Source: Synergistales bacterium
GTDB lineage: Bacteria; Synergistota; Synergistia; Synergistales; JAFGMB01
NCBI GenBank assembly: GCA_963666205.1
Contig: OY762654.1
Span: forward strand, 800,001-864,000
DNA: 64,000 nucleotides
Direction of reading: 5' to 3'
The notes beneath the pieces are model-generated. The model worked only from the letters and a program-made list of their open reading frames with translations, had not been told where the DNA came from and did not search any database. The translations under genes and the position numbers were made by a program. This document shows, piece by piece, positions 51,781 to 61,574 of this stretch. Each line of letters starts with the position of its first letter. Within the stretch, counting starts at the first letter, position 1.

Positions 51781-51822
51781 TCCAGCCACGTATCCGGAGT
51801 TAAGTCCGGATACGTGGCTGGA
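51781..51822. terminator. 18-bp-arm inverted repeat between dctP and dctQ
   Basis: tccagccacgtatccgga-N6-tccggatacgtggctgga; no U-tract, so possibly an mRNA-stabilising hairpin. Confidence 0.6.
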
Positions 51823-51865
51823 GGTAATAGAGATTCGATCTGACGAAAATAAAAAAGGTTAAAGC

Positions 51866-52951
51866 TTAAAGAGATCCTGTTTTTTCTACCCTGACTCTGA
51901 TAGCATCCAGCTCGTCAAGGATCTTCTGTGTCATGTTCTGACCGGGATAATGTTTGTCAAGCCATGGTTTGCATAGCTCTTCCCATATGGAAAGCATTTC
52001 GGCCTTATCCCTGAAAGCGGCTCTTTCTGCTGCTGAAGGATAGTAAATCTCGAAATTATCTTCATTGGCAAGCTGTTCCTGCATTTGCCTTACAGCCCTG
52101 CGAGCCAGCTCGTACTGGTGAATTTCAGCTGTTTTGGCTGCTCTTGTAATGGCATCCTTCATATCCTGGGGAAGGGCATCCCATTTCTCTTTGTTGACAG
52201 CGATCTGGTTACCATCCCACATCCAGTCAAGGGATGTGTAATATTTCAATACTTCGTAGTGTCTCTCTTCAATAAGGGAAGGCCACATGTCCCAACAACC
52301 ATCAACAACACCTCTGCTAAGGGCATTGTAAAGCTCGCCCCATGCAACGGTTTCAACGGTCATACCGGTACCTTTACCCATATTAACAAGGGCCATTACG
52401 CATCCAAGGGAGGAAGATACCCTCATCTTCAGATTCTTCAAATCTTCAGGAGTCTTGATGGGTCTTTCATTATTACCAAGGCCGTAGGGGCCCTGGCTGT
52501 TCGTGTAAAGGGTGTGCATTCCCACTTCGTTGTAGGCTTCTTCCATGACTTTGTAAAGAATTCCGTCCGGCTGTGAAAATGCGATGATAGCTTCGTCCCA
52601 TGATGAAAGGGTCCAGGGCATCCAGTTGAACATTCCACCAGGAACAAGATTTACGTAGGGAGCAAAGTTACCGATCTCTATGCTGCCCTCCTGAACGGCA
52701 TGGAATATCTCGTTATGACTTCCAAGAATTCCATTTTCGAAGAATTTGATCTCCATACGACCATTTGTATAGGCCTTGACCAAATCACAGAACAGCTTCA
52801 TTGATTCACCCTGGGTAGCTCTAACTGTCGTTTGAGCAAATTTCCACTGGTACTCCGGACCATCCTTTGCCATTACCGGAGCACTTGACAGGGTAAATAC
52901 CAGACCTGCTACGAGCAGAAGACAAATCACATATTTCATCGTATTTCTCAT
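51866..52951 (-). CDS. dctP: TRAP transporter substrate-binding protein
   Basis: Signal peptide; TNGRMEI, PEDLKNLKMRV, ELYNALSRGVVDG. Confidence 0.92.
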   Translation of the reverse strand: MRNTMKYVICLLLVAGLVFTLSSAPVMAKDGPEYQWKFAQTTVRATQGESMKLFCDLVKAYTNGRMEIKFFENGILGSHNEIFHAVQEGSIEIGNFAPYVNLVPGGMFNWMPWTLSSWDEAIIAFSQPDGILYKVMEEAYNEVGMHTLYTNSQGPYGLGNNERPIKTPEDLKNLKMRVSSSLGCVMALVNMGKGTGMTVETVAWGELYNALSRGVVDGCWDMWPSLIEERHYEVLKYYTSLDWMWDGNQIAVNKEKWDALPQDMKDAITRAAKTAEIHQYELARRAVRQMQEQLANEDNFEIYYPSAAERAAFRDKAEMLSIWEELCKPWLDKHYPGQNMTQKILDELDAIRVRVEKTGSL

Positions 52952-53138
52952 ATTGAAGCCTCCTCTTCTTAAAGTGCACATTTTAGTGATGCAGACTTTT
53001 GCCAAAGATCCAACCTGAAAAACCAACAAAGAATCTCCTTCCTACCCCTCCTTTTACAGTCATATAATCAGGAAATAGTGTTGCAACTCTTGATTCCAAT
53101 ATAAAGAACATCAGTTATTAATACTCTAAAGGCTATAA

Positions 53139-54737
53139 TTACGTTCTTTTAGTGAAGCGAATTACCTTACCTGCTTTTTGAGGGGTGTGATTTCCCTCAC
53201 GTACAAGGACCTTCCCGTTAACAAGAACATACTCGATACCTTTCGGGAACTGTATCGGATCAGCATAATCTGCCGTATCGACAACACTTTCCGGGTTAAA
53301 AACAACGATGTCTGCCGCATATCCTTCTTTGATAAATCCTCTGTCGCAGATCCCGAGCATGGAAGCGGGTTTCCCCGTCATCTTGTGAATTGCAGTAGCC
53401 ATATCCAGAACATTTTCATCCCTAACATATTTACCCAGTATTCTGGGGTAAGTCCCGTATACTCTGGGATGTGGCTTCCCTCCCAGGATCCCGTCTGTAC
53501 AGATATTCTGTTCCGGTCTTTGAAGAATCCTGATAACATGTTCCTCCAGGCCATAAAAATCAACAAGTCCTGCGGTGCACTCCTCTTCAAGAAGAAGGTC
53601 ATAGGTTGCCTCCAGAGGTTCCTTGCCCCTCATCTCACCAAGTTCAACCAGACTTTTACCAACGGCATTCTGATTCTTTTCTGTCTTCACAAATGTTACG
53701 TAAATCCCGTCAAGACCAGCAAAATCAACAAAGTTATCCCAGCCATGAATCCCATTAATAATGTCATGGGTCATTCGTTTCCTTGCTTCAGGATCTTTCA
53801 GCCTTTCGAGAAGTTTTTCAGTTCCTCCGTCATGGACCCAGGGAGGAAGTATTACACTCAGGGTAGTGCTCCCTGCGACATAGGGGTACTGATCAACGGA
53901 AACCTTTATTCCCTTCTGTGAACATAAATCCAGCTTCTTGAGAACTGCGTCAAAGTATTTCCAGTTTTTCTTTCCAGCAACTTTAAAATGAGAAAAATGG
54001 ATTCTACAACCACTCTGTTCGCCTATGGAGATGATCTCATCCATGGAATCAAGGATAGTATCGGCTTCGCTTCGCTGATGGGTCACAAAAACTGCATCAT
54101 TTTTCTTCAGGACTTTCGAGAGCTCTACAAATTCGCGGGTATGGGCAAAACTGCAGGGGGGATAGATCATTCCTGTAGACATACCAAAACAGCCTTCATC
54201 GATACATTTCTGGAGGAGTTCTTTCATTTCAAGGAGCTCTTCAGATGTGGGCTCCCTGTTATCCAGACCCATAACACATAATCTGACATTGCTGTGTGGA
54301 GCAAGATAGGCAAAATTGGGACCAAGATCCATAGCATCCAGTCTGTTAAAATAATCTGTCACAGACCTCCATTCCCAGTCTGCCTTATAATCCCCTTCAA
54401 GACCAGCCATTGATTTTTTCCAGGATTCCACGTACTTGTCAACGATAGGAGCAAGCCCCATTGCATCCTGTCCGACCAGACAGGTGGTTATTCCCTGCAT
54501 TATATTATGCGGCGTCTGGGGATGGACCAGAGCTTCCAGTCCTGAATGACTATGGGTATCAATAAAGCCCGGGGATACTACCATTCCTTCAGCATCGATA
54601 ACGGTCGCGGAATGTGACCCCGAAAGGTCCCCTAGAGCTTCTATATTGCCTTCCTTGATCCCGATATCTGACCGGGATCCTTCATTACCCGTCCCATCAT
54701 AGATTAAGCCATTTTTAATAATTACATCAAACAACAA
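53139..54737 (-). CDS. N-acyl-D-amino-acid deacylase family amidohydrolase (copy 1)
   Basis: PGFIDTHSH, STGMIYPP, THQR, SHFK, DQYPY, CTDG, HPRVYGTYPR. Probable TTG start near 54737. Confidence 0.9.
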   Translation of the reverse strand: MLFDVIIKNGLIYDGTGNEGSRSDIGIKEGNIEALGDLSGSHSATVIDAEGMVVSPGFIDTHSHSGLEALVHPQTPHNIMQGITTCLVGQDAMGLAPIVDKYVESWKKSMAGLEGDYKADWEWRSVTDYFNRLDAMDLGPNFAYLAPHSNVRLCVMGLDNREPTSEELLEMKELLQKCIDEGCFGMSTGMIYPPCSFAHTREFVELSKVLKKNDAVFVTHQRSEADTILDSMDEIISIGEQSGCRIHFSHFKVAGKKNWKYFDAVLKKLDLCSQKGIKVSVDQYPYVAGSTTLSVILPPWVHDGGTEKLLERLKDPEARKRMTHDIINGIHGWDNFVDFAGLDGIYVTFVKTEKNQNAVGKSLVELGEMRGKEPLEATYDLLLEEECTAGLVDFYGLEEHVIRILQRPEQNICTDGILGGKPHPRVYGTYPRILGKYVRDENVLDMATAIHKMTGKPASMLGICDRGFIKEGYAADIVVFNPESVVDTADYADPIQFPKGIEYVLVNGKVLVREGNHTPQKAGKVIRFTKRT

Positions 54738-54904
54738 GAAAAAGACCCCTTCCTCTTTGTGCCAGGATCCTGATATCACACAGGTATATCGCTTCCCTTA
54801 CATGAAGATTTTTCTCGTTACACTGCCTGGAGCGTTGCACATCAGCAATCCAGCATCCATCTTTTCTTCAAAATGTTCTTGAAGACATATCTATAAATCA
54901 GGAC

Positions 54905-54937
54905 GAGGCAGAGGTTCCTGAAAGAAACCCCTGCCTC
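54905..54937 (-). terminator. Hairpin after the PLP-enzyme gene
   Basis: gaggcag..ctgcctc imperfect stem. Confidence 0.5.
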
Positions 54938-54943
54938 ATCCAT

Positions 54944-56407
54944 TTAAAGTAATCCTGTCATCTTGTTGAATTCATTGATTTTTTCGTCGATGCTTGAAGC
55001 CATTCTGTGAATGCTACCCCAATATTCCTCTGCATCGTACCACTGGGCGTTAAGCTCATCAAGCTCTTTTCCCTGCTGTTCGATCCATGTATAGTACTTG
55101 AGATTATGAACAGTCTTTCTGTCGTAATAAGTGAGTTCCTTCATCCAGTCAGTACCGAGACCGAGAATATGCTGGTGATAGTCGACGGCAGCATCTATTT
55201 CCCTGTACTCTCCATACTCCTCTTCCATTTCCTGAAGCCTTGAACCATAGAGTTCCATGGAATCAGTAAACACAGTGAAGATAAGGTCATTCTCTGTAAG
55301 CTCATAATACTTGGCCATCTTGATGGCCATGATAACGTTGGCAGCACTGGAAATGCCCATTAACGGGAGCTGCTCCATCAGTTCCGGTGATACTCCCTTT
55401 TCCTTGAGGTAAGCCCTGCCTGCAGGTTCATTGAAAAGGCGGATCATGGCCATACTGTCTGCATCATCTACATCTATTACCATATCTGTATTCTTGACAT
55501 TGTGGATCCAGGGAACATGTTTGTCGCCTATACCCTCTATCCGATGGGCCCCAAATCCGTTATAAAGAAGGGTTGGACACTGAAGAGCCTCTCCTACTGC
55601 GATCTTGCTGGTGGGGTATAGATCTTTCATATAATCCCCAGAAGCAAGGGTCCCACCGGAACCGGATGTGAGGGTTACACCAAAGAACCTGTCCTTGGGA
55701 CCAGCTATCTGCTTGAAAACTTCATCCATGGCACTTCCAGTAACTTCATAGTGCCAGAGGTGGTTTCCAAACTCTTCGAACTGGTTGAAAGCTACCACAT
55801 TATCCCTTGTCTTTTTGAGTTCCCAGGTTTTGTCAAAGATCTCCTTTACGTTGCTCTCACTTCCCGGAGTAGCTATGACCTCTCCGGCCACTTTGGCCAG
55901 CCATTCAAAGCGTTCTTTGCTCATTCCTTCAGGAAGGATAGCGATGGACTCACATGCAAGCAACTGGGAATTATAGGCACCTCCACGACAGTAATTACCG
56001 GTGGATGGCCAGATAGCCTTCTGGGTTGTCGGATCAAACTGACCAGTTACAAGACGGGGGACAAGACATCCGAAGGTGGCACCAACCTTGTGTGCCCCAG
56101 TGGGGAACCATTTACCAACAAGAGCAACTATTCTGGCATCTACTCCTGTTATCTCTTTTGGAAGCTCTACAAAGTTAACCCCGCCGTAAAGTCCGCCTTT
56201 CTTAACAGGTTCATTTTTCCAGGTAATCCTGAAGAGGTTAAGGGAATTAACATCCCATAGGCCTACATCCTTTAACTGATCCTTGACCTTCCGGGAAATA
56301 AGATCAGGATTTTTCATCTGTTCAAAGGTGGGAATTGCAATTTTCCTTTCCCTGGCCCGCTGAACAGTCCTCTTAAGCTGTTCCTCATTAATGGTAAGAT
56401 CGATCAT
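54944..56407 (-). CDS. PLP-dependent fold-type II enzyme (cysteine-synthase-like, uncharacterised)
   Basis: FPTGAHKVGA (PLP Lys), PSTGNY, NQF, GSGGT, IEGIG. Confidence 0.82.
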   Translation of the reverse strand: MIDLTINEEQLKRTVQRARERKIAIPTFEQMKNPDLISRKVKDQLKDVGLWDVNSLNLFRITWKNEPVKKGGLYGGVNFVELPKEITGVDARIVALVGKWFPTGAHKVGATFGCLVPRLVTGQFDPTTQKAIWPSTGNYCRGGAYNSQLLACESIAILPEGMSKERFEWLAKVAGEVIATPGSESNVKEIFDKTWELKKTRDNVVAFNQFEEFGNHLWHYEVTGSAMDEVFKQIAGPKDRFFGVTLTSGSGGTLASGDYMKDLYPTSKIAVGEALQCPTLLYNGFGAHRIEGIGDKHVPWIHNVKNTDMVIDVDDADSMAMIRLFNEPAGRAYLKEKGVSPELMEQLPLMGISSAANVIMAIKMAKYYELTENDLIFTVFTDSMELYGSRLQEMEEEYGEYREIDAAVDYHQHILGLGTDWMKELTYYDRKTVHNLKYYTWIEQQGKELDELNAQWYDAEEYWGSIHRMASSIDEKINEFNKMTGLL

Positions 56408-56474
56408 TACAGCACATCTCCTTAATCAAGTATTAAATAATAGTCTCGTATATTAATTCAGGTTTTACTGATAT

Positions 56475-57731
56475 CTAATAACCGGCATACAGTGGAAATC
56501 TGCCGCATAGATCCATAACTTCGGCTCGTATCTTCGCCAGGCCAGTTTCATTCTCAATATTTACTACCGTCCGGTCTATCCAGTCTGCCAGAAGGTCCAT
56601 CTCGGGTTCCCGGAACCCCCTGGTCGTGACTGCCGGGGTTCCTACCCGGATACCGCTCGTCACAAAGGGGCTCTTCGTCTCAAATGGAACAGTATTTTTG
56701 TTCACTGTTATTCCAGCCTTGTCCAGAGCCTTCTCCAGATCCTTACCTGTAACTTCCCTGCTGGTGAGGTTGATCAGGATAAGGTGGTTATCCGTTCCCC
56801 CTGACACAAGATGGAAATCCCTCTTCAGCAATGCTTCAGCGAAGGCTTTCGCGTTCTTTACAACCTGCTCCTGGTATTCCTTGAATCCAGGCTGAAGAGC
56901 CTCCCTGAAAGCTACAGCCTTTGCCGCGATAACGTGCATCAGGGGACCTCCCTGCATACCCGGGAAAATAGCCTTATCAACAGCCTTGGCATATTCCTCC
57001 CTGCACATTATCATTCCGCCCCTGGGACCGCGCAGGGTTTTATGGGTCGTTGTTGTTACGAAATCACACCATGGAATGGGATCCTTATGGAAACCGGTGG
57101 CTATTAGCCCTGCTATATGGGCTATGTCGAACATTAAATAGGCTCCTACCTTGTCAGCTATGTCTCTGAACTTTTGTGCGTCAATCTCCCGGGGATAGGC
57201 ACTGGCACCGCAGACTATCATCTTCGGTTTGTGCTCAAGGGCCAGACGCTCCACTTCTTCAAAGTCTATGGTCTCTGTTTCATGGCTAACTCCGTAAGGT
57301 ACTATGTTGTAGAGCTGGCCCGAAAAATTGACGGGGCTGCCATGGGTGAGATGACCACCATGGGAAAGGTTCATTGCCAGTAGTGTATCCCCTGGTTTCA
57401 GTACTGAAAAATAGACGGCCATGTTTGCCTGGGAACCGGAATGGGGCTGGACATTGACATGGTCACAGCCGAAAAGCTCCTTTGCTCTGTCCCGGGCAAG
57501 ATCTTCGGCCTTATCAACTACTTCGCAGCCTCCGTAATATCTTTTGTGAGGATAGCCTTCCGCATATTTATTGGTAAGAACTGAACCCATAGCCGCCAGG
57601 ACAGCCGGGGTCACCACATTCTCCGATGCTATAAGCTCTATCCCGTGTCTTTCTCTCTCCAGTTCTTCACTGATCACTTCGAATATGGCCGGGTCGATAC
57701 TCTGGAGACACTCTCCTGCTTTACCGAACAT
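56475..57731 (-). CDS. glyA: Serine hydroxymethyltransferase
   Basis: [42 protein letters not shown]. Confidence 0.98.
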   Translation of the reverse strand: MFGKAGECLQSIDPAIFEVISEELERERHGIELIASENVVTPAVLAAMGSVLTNKYAEGYPHKRYYGGCEVVDKAEDLARDRAKELFGCDHVNVQPHSGSQANMAVYFSVLKPGDTLLAMNLSHGGHLTHGSPVNFSGQLYNIVPYGVSHETETIDFEEVERLALEHKPKMIVCGASAYPREIDAQKFRDIADKVGAYLMFDIAHIAGLIATGFHKDPIPWCDFVTTTTHKTLRGPRGGMIMCREEYAKAVDKAIFPGMQGGPLMHVIAAKAVAFREALQPGFKEYQEQVVKNAKAFAEALLKRDFHLVSGGTDNHLILINLTSREVTGKDLEKALDKAGITVNKNTVPFETKSPFVTSGIRVGTPAVTTRGFREPEMDLLADWIDRTVVNIENETGLAKIRAEVMDLCGRFPLYAGY

Positions 57732-57767
57732 TTTTATTCCACCTTTCTCTTCAATTATTGATTCTCT

Positions 57768-59009
57768 CTAGTTCATTTCACCAAGTTTACGTGTAAGATC
57801 TTTCATATCGGGATCAGCCAGGATGGGAGACCCAACAGCTTTTTGGGCACTTACAATATCTTTAAGGCCATTCCCAGTTACGATAAAAGCTATTCTCTCA
57901 TCTGGTCTGATATCACCCTGGAGGGCCATTTTTTTAAAACCGGCAAATCCCGTAACGCCTGCAGGCTCTCCAAAAACTCCAGTCTCTCTTGCCAGTTCGG
58001 GCATAGCCTCAAGTATCTCCTGATCAGAAACGGTTATCATATCTCCTCCGCTTTTTCTTACAGCTCTAAGTGCTTTGGCCCAGTTCCGGGGAGAACCTAC
58101 AGAAATGCTGTCAGCAATAGTATCTGCAGAGGTAAATGTAACCCTTTCAGTTCCAGACTTCACTGCGTTGTATATGGGCGACGCCCCTTCAGCCTGAACT
58201 CCTGTAATTCTTGGAATTCTCTCTACAAGACCAAGCTGGAAGAGATCAAAAAAAGCTTTATAAACACTGCTGATAATGCATCCATCTCCGACCGAGACAA
58301 ATATCCTGTCTGGAACATCCCAGTTCAACTGTTCGGCAATTTCAATAGCACAGGTCTTCTTGCCTTCAACAAGATAGGGATTTATGGCACAGTTACGGTT
58401 ATACCATCCCCATTTCTCGATAGCTGCAGTAGCCAGGTTAAAAGCGTCTTCGTAATCTCCTTTAACCAGTATGACCTGCGCACCGTAAACAAGGAGCTGG
58501 GTCACTTTGGCCGCTGGAGCTTTTTCCGGTACAAAGATATAGGATCCAAGACCTGCACATGCAGAAAAACCTGAAAGGGAACTTGCAGCATTACCCGTTG
58601 AAGCACATGCTACAATCCGCTGGTTGAAATCAAGGGCTTTTGCCACTCCGACAGCACTTGCCCTATCCTTGAGCGATCCGGTTGGGTTTCGTCCATCGTC
58701 CTTGACATATACATTTTTTACACCATATTTTGAAGCAAGCTTGGGGCTATCGTAAAGCGGAGTCCAACCCACCTCCAGACAGGGAATATTCCTTTCATCT
58801 TTAACAGGAAGAATAGAACTGTAACGCCACAGGCTTCTTTGCTGAAGCTTTGAAAAATAATCCCTTGAAAGCTTCTTCTTATTCTGGTCATAATCATAAA
58901 GAACATCCAGCGTTCCATCCAGACCACAGGATGGACATGTATACATGACTAAATCAGGATCATATTCTTTTCCGCAAAGAACACATCGTAAAGTACTGGG
59001 AACGGCCAC
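57768..59009 (-). CDS. Threonine-synthase-like PLP enzyme with N-terminal Zn ribbon
   Basis: CxxC..CxxC; NPTGSLKDR, ASTGN, NPY..EGKKT, TGNGLKD. Confidence 0.85.
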   Translation of the reverse strand: MAVPSTLRCVLCGKEYDPDLVMYTCPSCGLDGTLDVLYDYDQNKKKLSRDYFSKLQQRSLWRYSSILPVKDERNIPCLEVGWTPLYDSPKLASKYGVKNVYVKDDGRNPTGSLKDRASAVGVAKALDFNQRIVACASTGNAASSLSGFSACAGLGSYIFVPEKAPAAKVTQLLVYGAQVILVKGDYEDAFNLATAAIEKWGWYNRNCAINPYLVEGKKTCAIEIAEQLNWDVPDRIFVSVGDGCIISSVYKAFFDLFQLGLVERIPRITGVQAEGASPIYNAVKSGTERVTFTSADTIADSISVGSPRNWAKALRAVRKSGGDMITVSDQEILEAMPELARETGVFGEPAGVTGFAGFKKMALQGDIRPDERIAFIVTGNGLKDIVSAQKAVGSPILADPDMKDLTRKLGEMN

Positions 59010-59026
59010 TGTAAATATCCTCCTGC

Positions 59027-60214
59027 CTACTCAAATACAGAACGGACTATACCGTAATAGCCCTCACAAGCTTTAACCAGCTGTTCTATTTCTATATATT
59101 CATCATCAACATGGGCTAGTGTTTCAAGGGAACCTCCGTAACCCAGGGTCGGGATTCCAGCCTTGCCTGCGTAGTAACTTCCATTAGTACAGAAATAATA
59201 ATGGGAAAGGACAGGATCCTGACCTGCAGACCTGAGGCCCTTGAGTGCAATCTGTACAAATTCATGGTCTTCAGGAAAGAGCCAGCCGGGCGCAAATCTT
59301 GTTGCTTTTATCGGCTCTCCGGTATAACACATGTCTTTACCCACTGCGAGATAGAGCCTTGTCTTCAGTTCAGGATCAGATAAAGCGACTTCATCAATTA
59401 TCTGCTGTACCTGCTGCAGGACTATCTCTTCGCTTTCCCCGACAAGCAGCCTCCTGTCAAAAGTCACTCTGCATTGATCAGGAACTACACTGGCACCCGG
59501 ATATGGTGAAGATATGATATCCGTGACCTCCAGGATGCCTTCTCCCAGAACGTCGTTCGATGCTGGAACAAATTTCTTCTCTATCTCTAAAAGGACTTTC
59601 ATCATCTTCTTGACAGCGTTAAGACCCACAGAAGGGTTTGAGGAGTGGGCAGTCTTGCCCAATGTTTCAAGAACCACCTCTGCTCTGCCCCTCTGTCCTC
59701 TTTTCAGGGTAAGATTGGAAGCCTCTCCGATTATTACAAGATCAGGCCGATATCGCTCTCCTATCAGCTCCGATGCAACACCCTCAAAACATTCCTCATG
59801 AACGGAACCGGCAACGATAATTTCACCATCAAGATCATCTCCATGATCTTCCTTCAGGTAAGCTGCTGCCTGGATCATAGCTGACAGGTTTCCCTTCATG
59901 TCTGAAGTAGCTCTGCCATATATCTTTCCGTCTACTACCTCCGCTCCAAAGGGGTCATAGTTCCATTTGGAAGGATCACTGATATCAACGTGATCCATAT
60001 GACCTTCCAGAAGGATTTTCCGGCCCCCTTTTCCAAGGATTATCCGGCCTATAACATTACCATAGGTATCTACTTCCACACTATCAAACCCCAGATCCAC
60101 CATTCTGGACCGGACGAGTTCTGCTACATTCTTTTCCTGGCCGGACAAGCTTGGCTGCTGGATCATTTTCCGGCAAAAGCAAACGAGTTGTTCCTTTCTC
60201 TCCTGTGTGATCAT
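59027..60214 (-). CDS. YgeY-family M20 metallohydrolase (intact motifs)
   Basis: GHMD, GRATSDMKG, HEE, IGE, GQRGR, TNG, AH..DE. Confidence 0.88.
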   Translation of the reverse strand: MITQERKEQLVCFCRKMIQQPSLSGQEKNVAELVRSRMVDLGFDSVEVDTYGNVIGRIILGKGGRKILLEGHMDHVDISDPSKWNYDPFGAEVVDGKIYGRATSDMKGNLSAMIQAAAYLKEDHGDDLDGEIIVAGSVHEECFEGVASELIGERYRPDLVIIGEASNLTLKRGQRGRAEVVLETLGKTAHSSNPSVGLNAVKKMMKVLLEIEKKFVPASNDVLGEGILEVTDIISSPYPGASVVPDQCRVTFDRRLLVGESEEIVLQQVQQIIDEVALSDPELKTRLYLAVGKDMCYTGEPIKATRFAPGWLFPEDHEFVQIALKGLRSAGQDPVLSHYYFCTNGSYYAGKAGIPTLGYGGSLETLAHVDDEYIEIEQLVKACEGYYGIVRSVFE

Positions 60215-60244
60215 TATGAACTCAACCCCTATGCAAAGATTTTT

Positions 60245-61438
60245 TTATTTTGACAGGACTTCCCTGGCTATACCATAGTAGCCAAGGAACCCTTTCAAGA
60301 GCTGATCAATCTCAATATACTCATCTGTAATATGGGCGAGGACTTCTCTGGATGGACCAAAAGCAATTGTCGGTATATCGGCTTCTCCTCCATAGTAGCA
60401 ACCATTGGTTCCGAACCCGGCTCTATTCGATAGTACTGGTTCAAGTCCCACATTTTCCAACCCCTGAAGAGCTGTCCTGATAAAATCATGGTCATCAGGA
60501 AAAAGCCATGCTGGAGCAAAATGCTCCCCCCTTATAGGAACTCCGGTATAACATGAATCTTCAAACCTTGAAAGCCTGACATTTACCTTCATATTCGGGG
60601 TTTCCCTCGAAGCAATTCCAATAATTTCTTTTATCTGGGCGAGAACTCCATCCCTTGTATCGTTCAATAAAAGCCTGCGATCGAAGACTGCCCTGCATCT
60701 GTCGGGAATAGCGCCAGTGTTGCGCTCCGGAAAAGAGAGAAGGTTTGTCAGCTCAAGAATGCCCTCCCCCAGAAAGTTATGATTTTGAGGAACAAAGTAC
60801 TTCTGAATGGCAGAAAGAAGGGATATCATGTGCATCGCAGCATTAATTCCATAACCCGGGTTGGCTGAGTGGGCCATTTTCCCCATGGTCTCCAGAATAA
60901 TTTCAGCTCTGCCCCTCTGCCCTCTTTCCAGCTTGAGATCTGAAGCTTCTCCGATCACCACCATGTCCGGACAATATTTTGAGGCTATAAGATGAGATGA
61001 AACTCCCTCAAAACGTTCCTGATGAACCGTTGCTGCAACAATAAGTTCACCTTCCATTTCGTCCTGGCGATCCTCCTTGAGCGATGCTCCGGCAAATATC
61101 ATGGCGGAGAGACTGCCCTTCTGATCGGACGCTCCTCTGCCATAGATTCTTCCATTTTCAAGAAATGCGCCGAAGGGATAGTAAGTCCATTCAGATGGAT
61201 CCCGCACCTCCACCTGATCCATCTGAGCTTCCATGAGGAGTGTTTTCCCGGGTCTGGGAAATTTTATTCTACCAATTACATTACCGTAATAATCCACATC
61301 AACCGAATCATAATCAAGGGAGAACATTGTTTCTCTAACGAAAGAAGCAACTTTTCTTTCATGGCCGGAAACACTGGGATATCTTATCAGGTCCTGGCAT
61401 AGTCCAATTATTTCTTCTTCTCTCTTCTGATTAAGCAT
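60245..61438 (-). CDS. YgeY-family M20 paralog with substituted metal/catalytic residues
   Basis: Same architecture as its neighbour, but AQMD and HQE replace GHMD and HEE. Confidence 0.85.
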   Translation of the reverse strand: MLNQKREEEIIGLCQDLIRYPSVSGHERKVASFVRETMFSLDYDSVDVDYYGNVIGRIKFPRPGKTLLMEAQMDQVEVRDPSEWTYYPFGAFLENGRIYGRGASDQKGSLSAMIFAGASLKEDRQDEMEGELIVAATVHQERFEGVSSHLIASKYCPDMVVIGEASDLKLERGQRGRAEIILETMGKMAHSANPGYGINAAMHMISLLSAIQKYFVPQNHNFLGEGILELTNLLSFPERNTGAIPDRCRAVFDRRLLLNDTRDGVLAQIKEIIGIASRETPNMKVNVRLSRFEDSCYTGVPIRGEHFAPAWLFPDDHDFIRTALQGLENVGLEPVLSNRAGFGTNGCYYGGEADIPTIAFGPSREVLAHITDEYIEIDQLLKGFLGYYGIAREVLSK

Positions 61439-61540
61439 TAGCTATCTCCCGTAAGATAGTGACATAATGTAAAAACCTGAACTATTAACAATTATAGATG
61501 GGTATGTATTATTTTCAATAAACATTTTCTGATATAATTG

Positions 61541-61555
61541 ATAGTAAATTTCTAA
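61541..61555. promoter_or_regulatory. LysR-type T-N11-A recognition site
   Basis: ATAG-taaattt-CTAA in the divergent ygeY/lysR intergenic region. Confidence 0.5.
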
Positions 61556-61574
61556 TGTCATGGGGGGGGTAAGC

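Noticed and set aside
53078-54866. Two sigma54-like TGG...TGCA motifs upstream of dctP and deacylase copy 1
   Set aside because: GG-to-GC spacing is 11 nt rather than the required 10.
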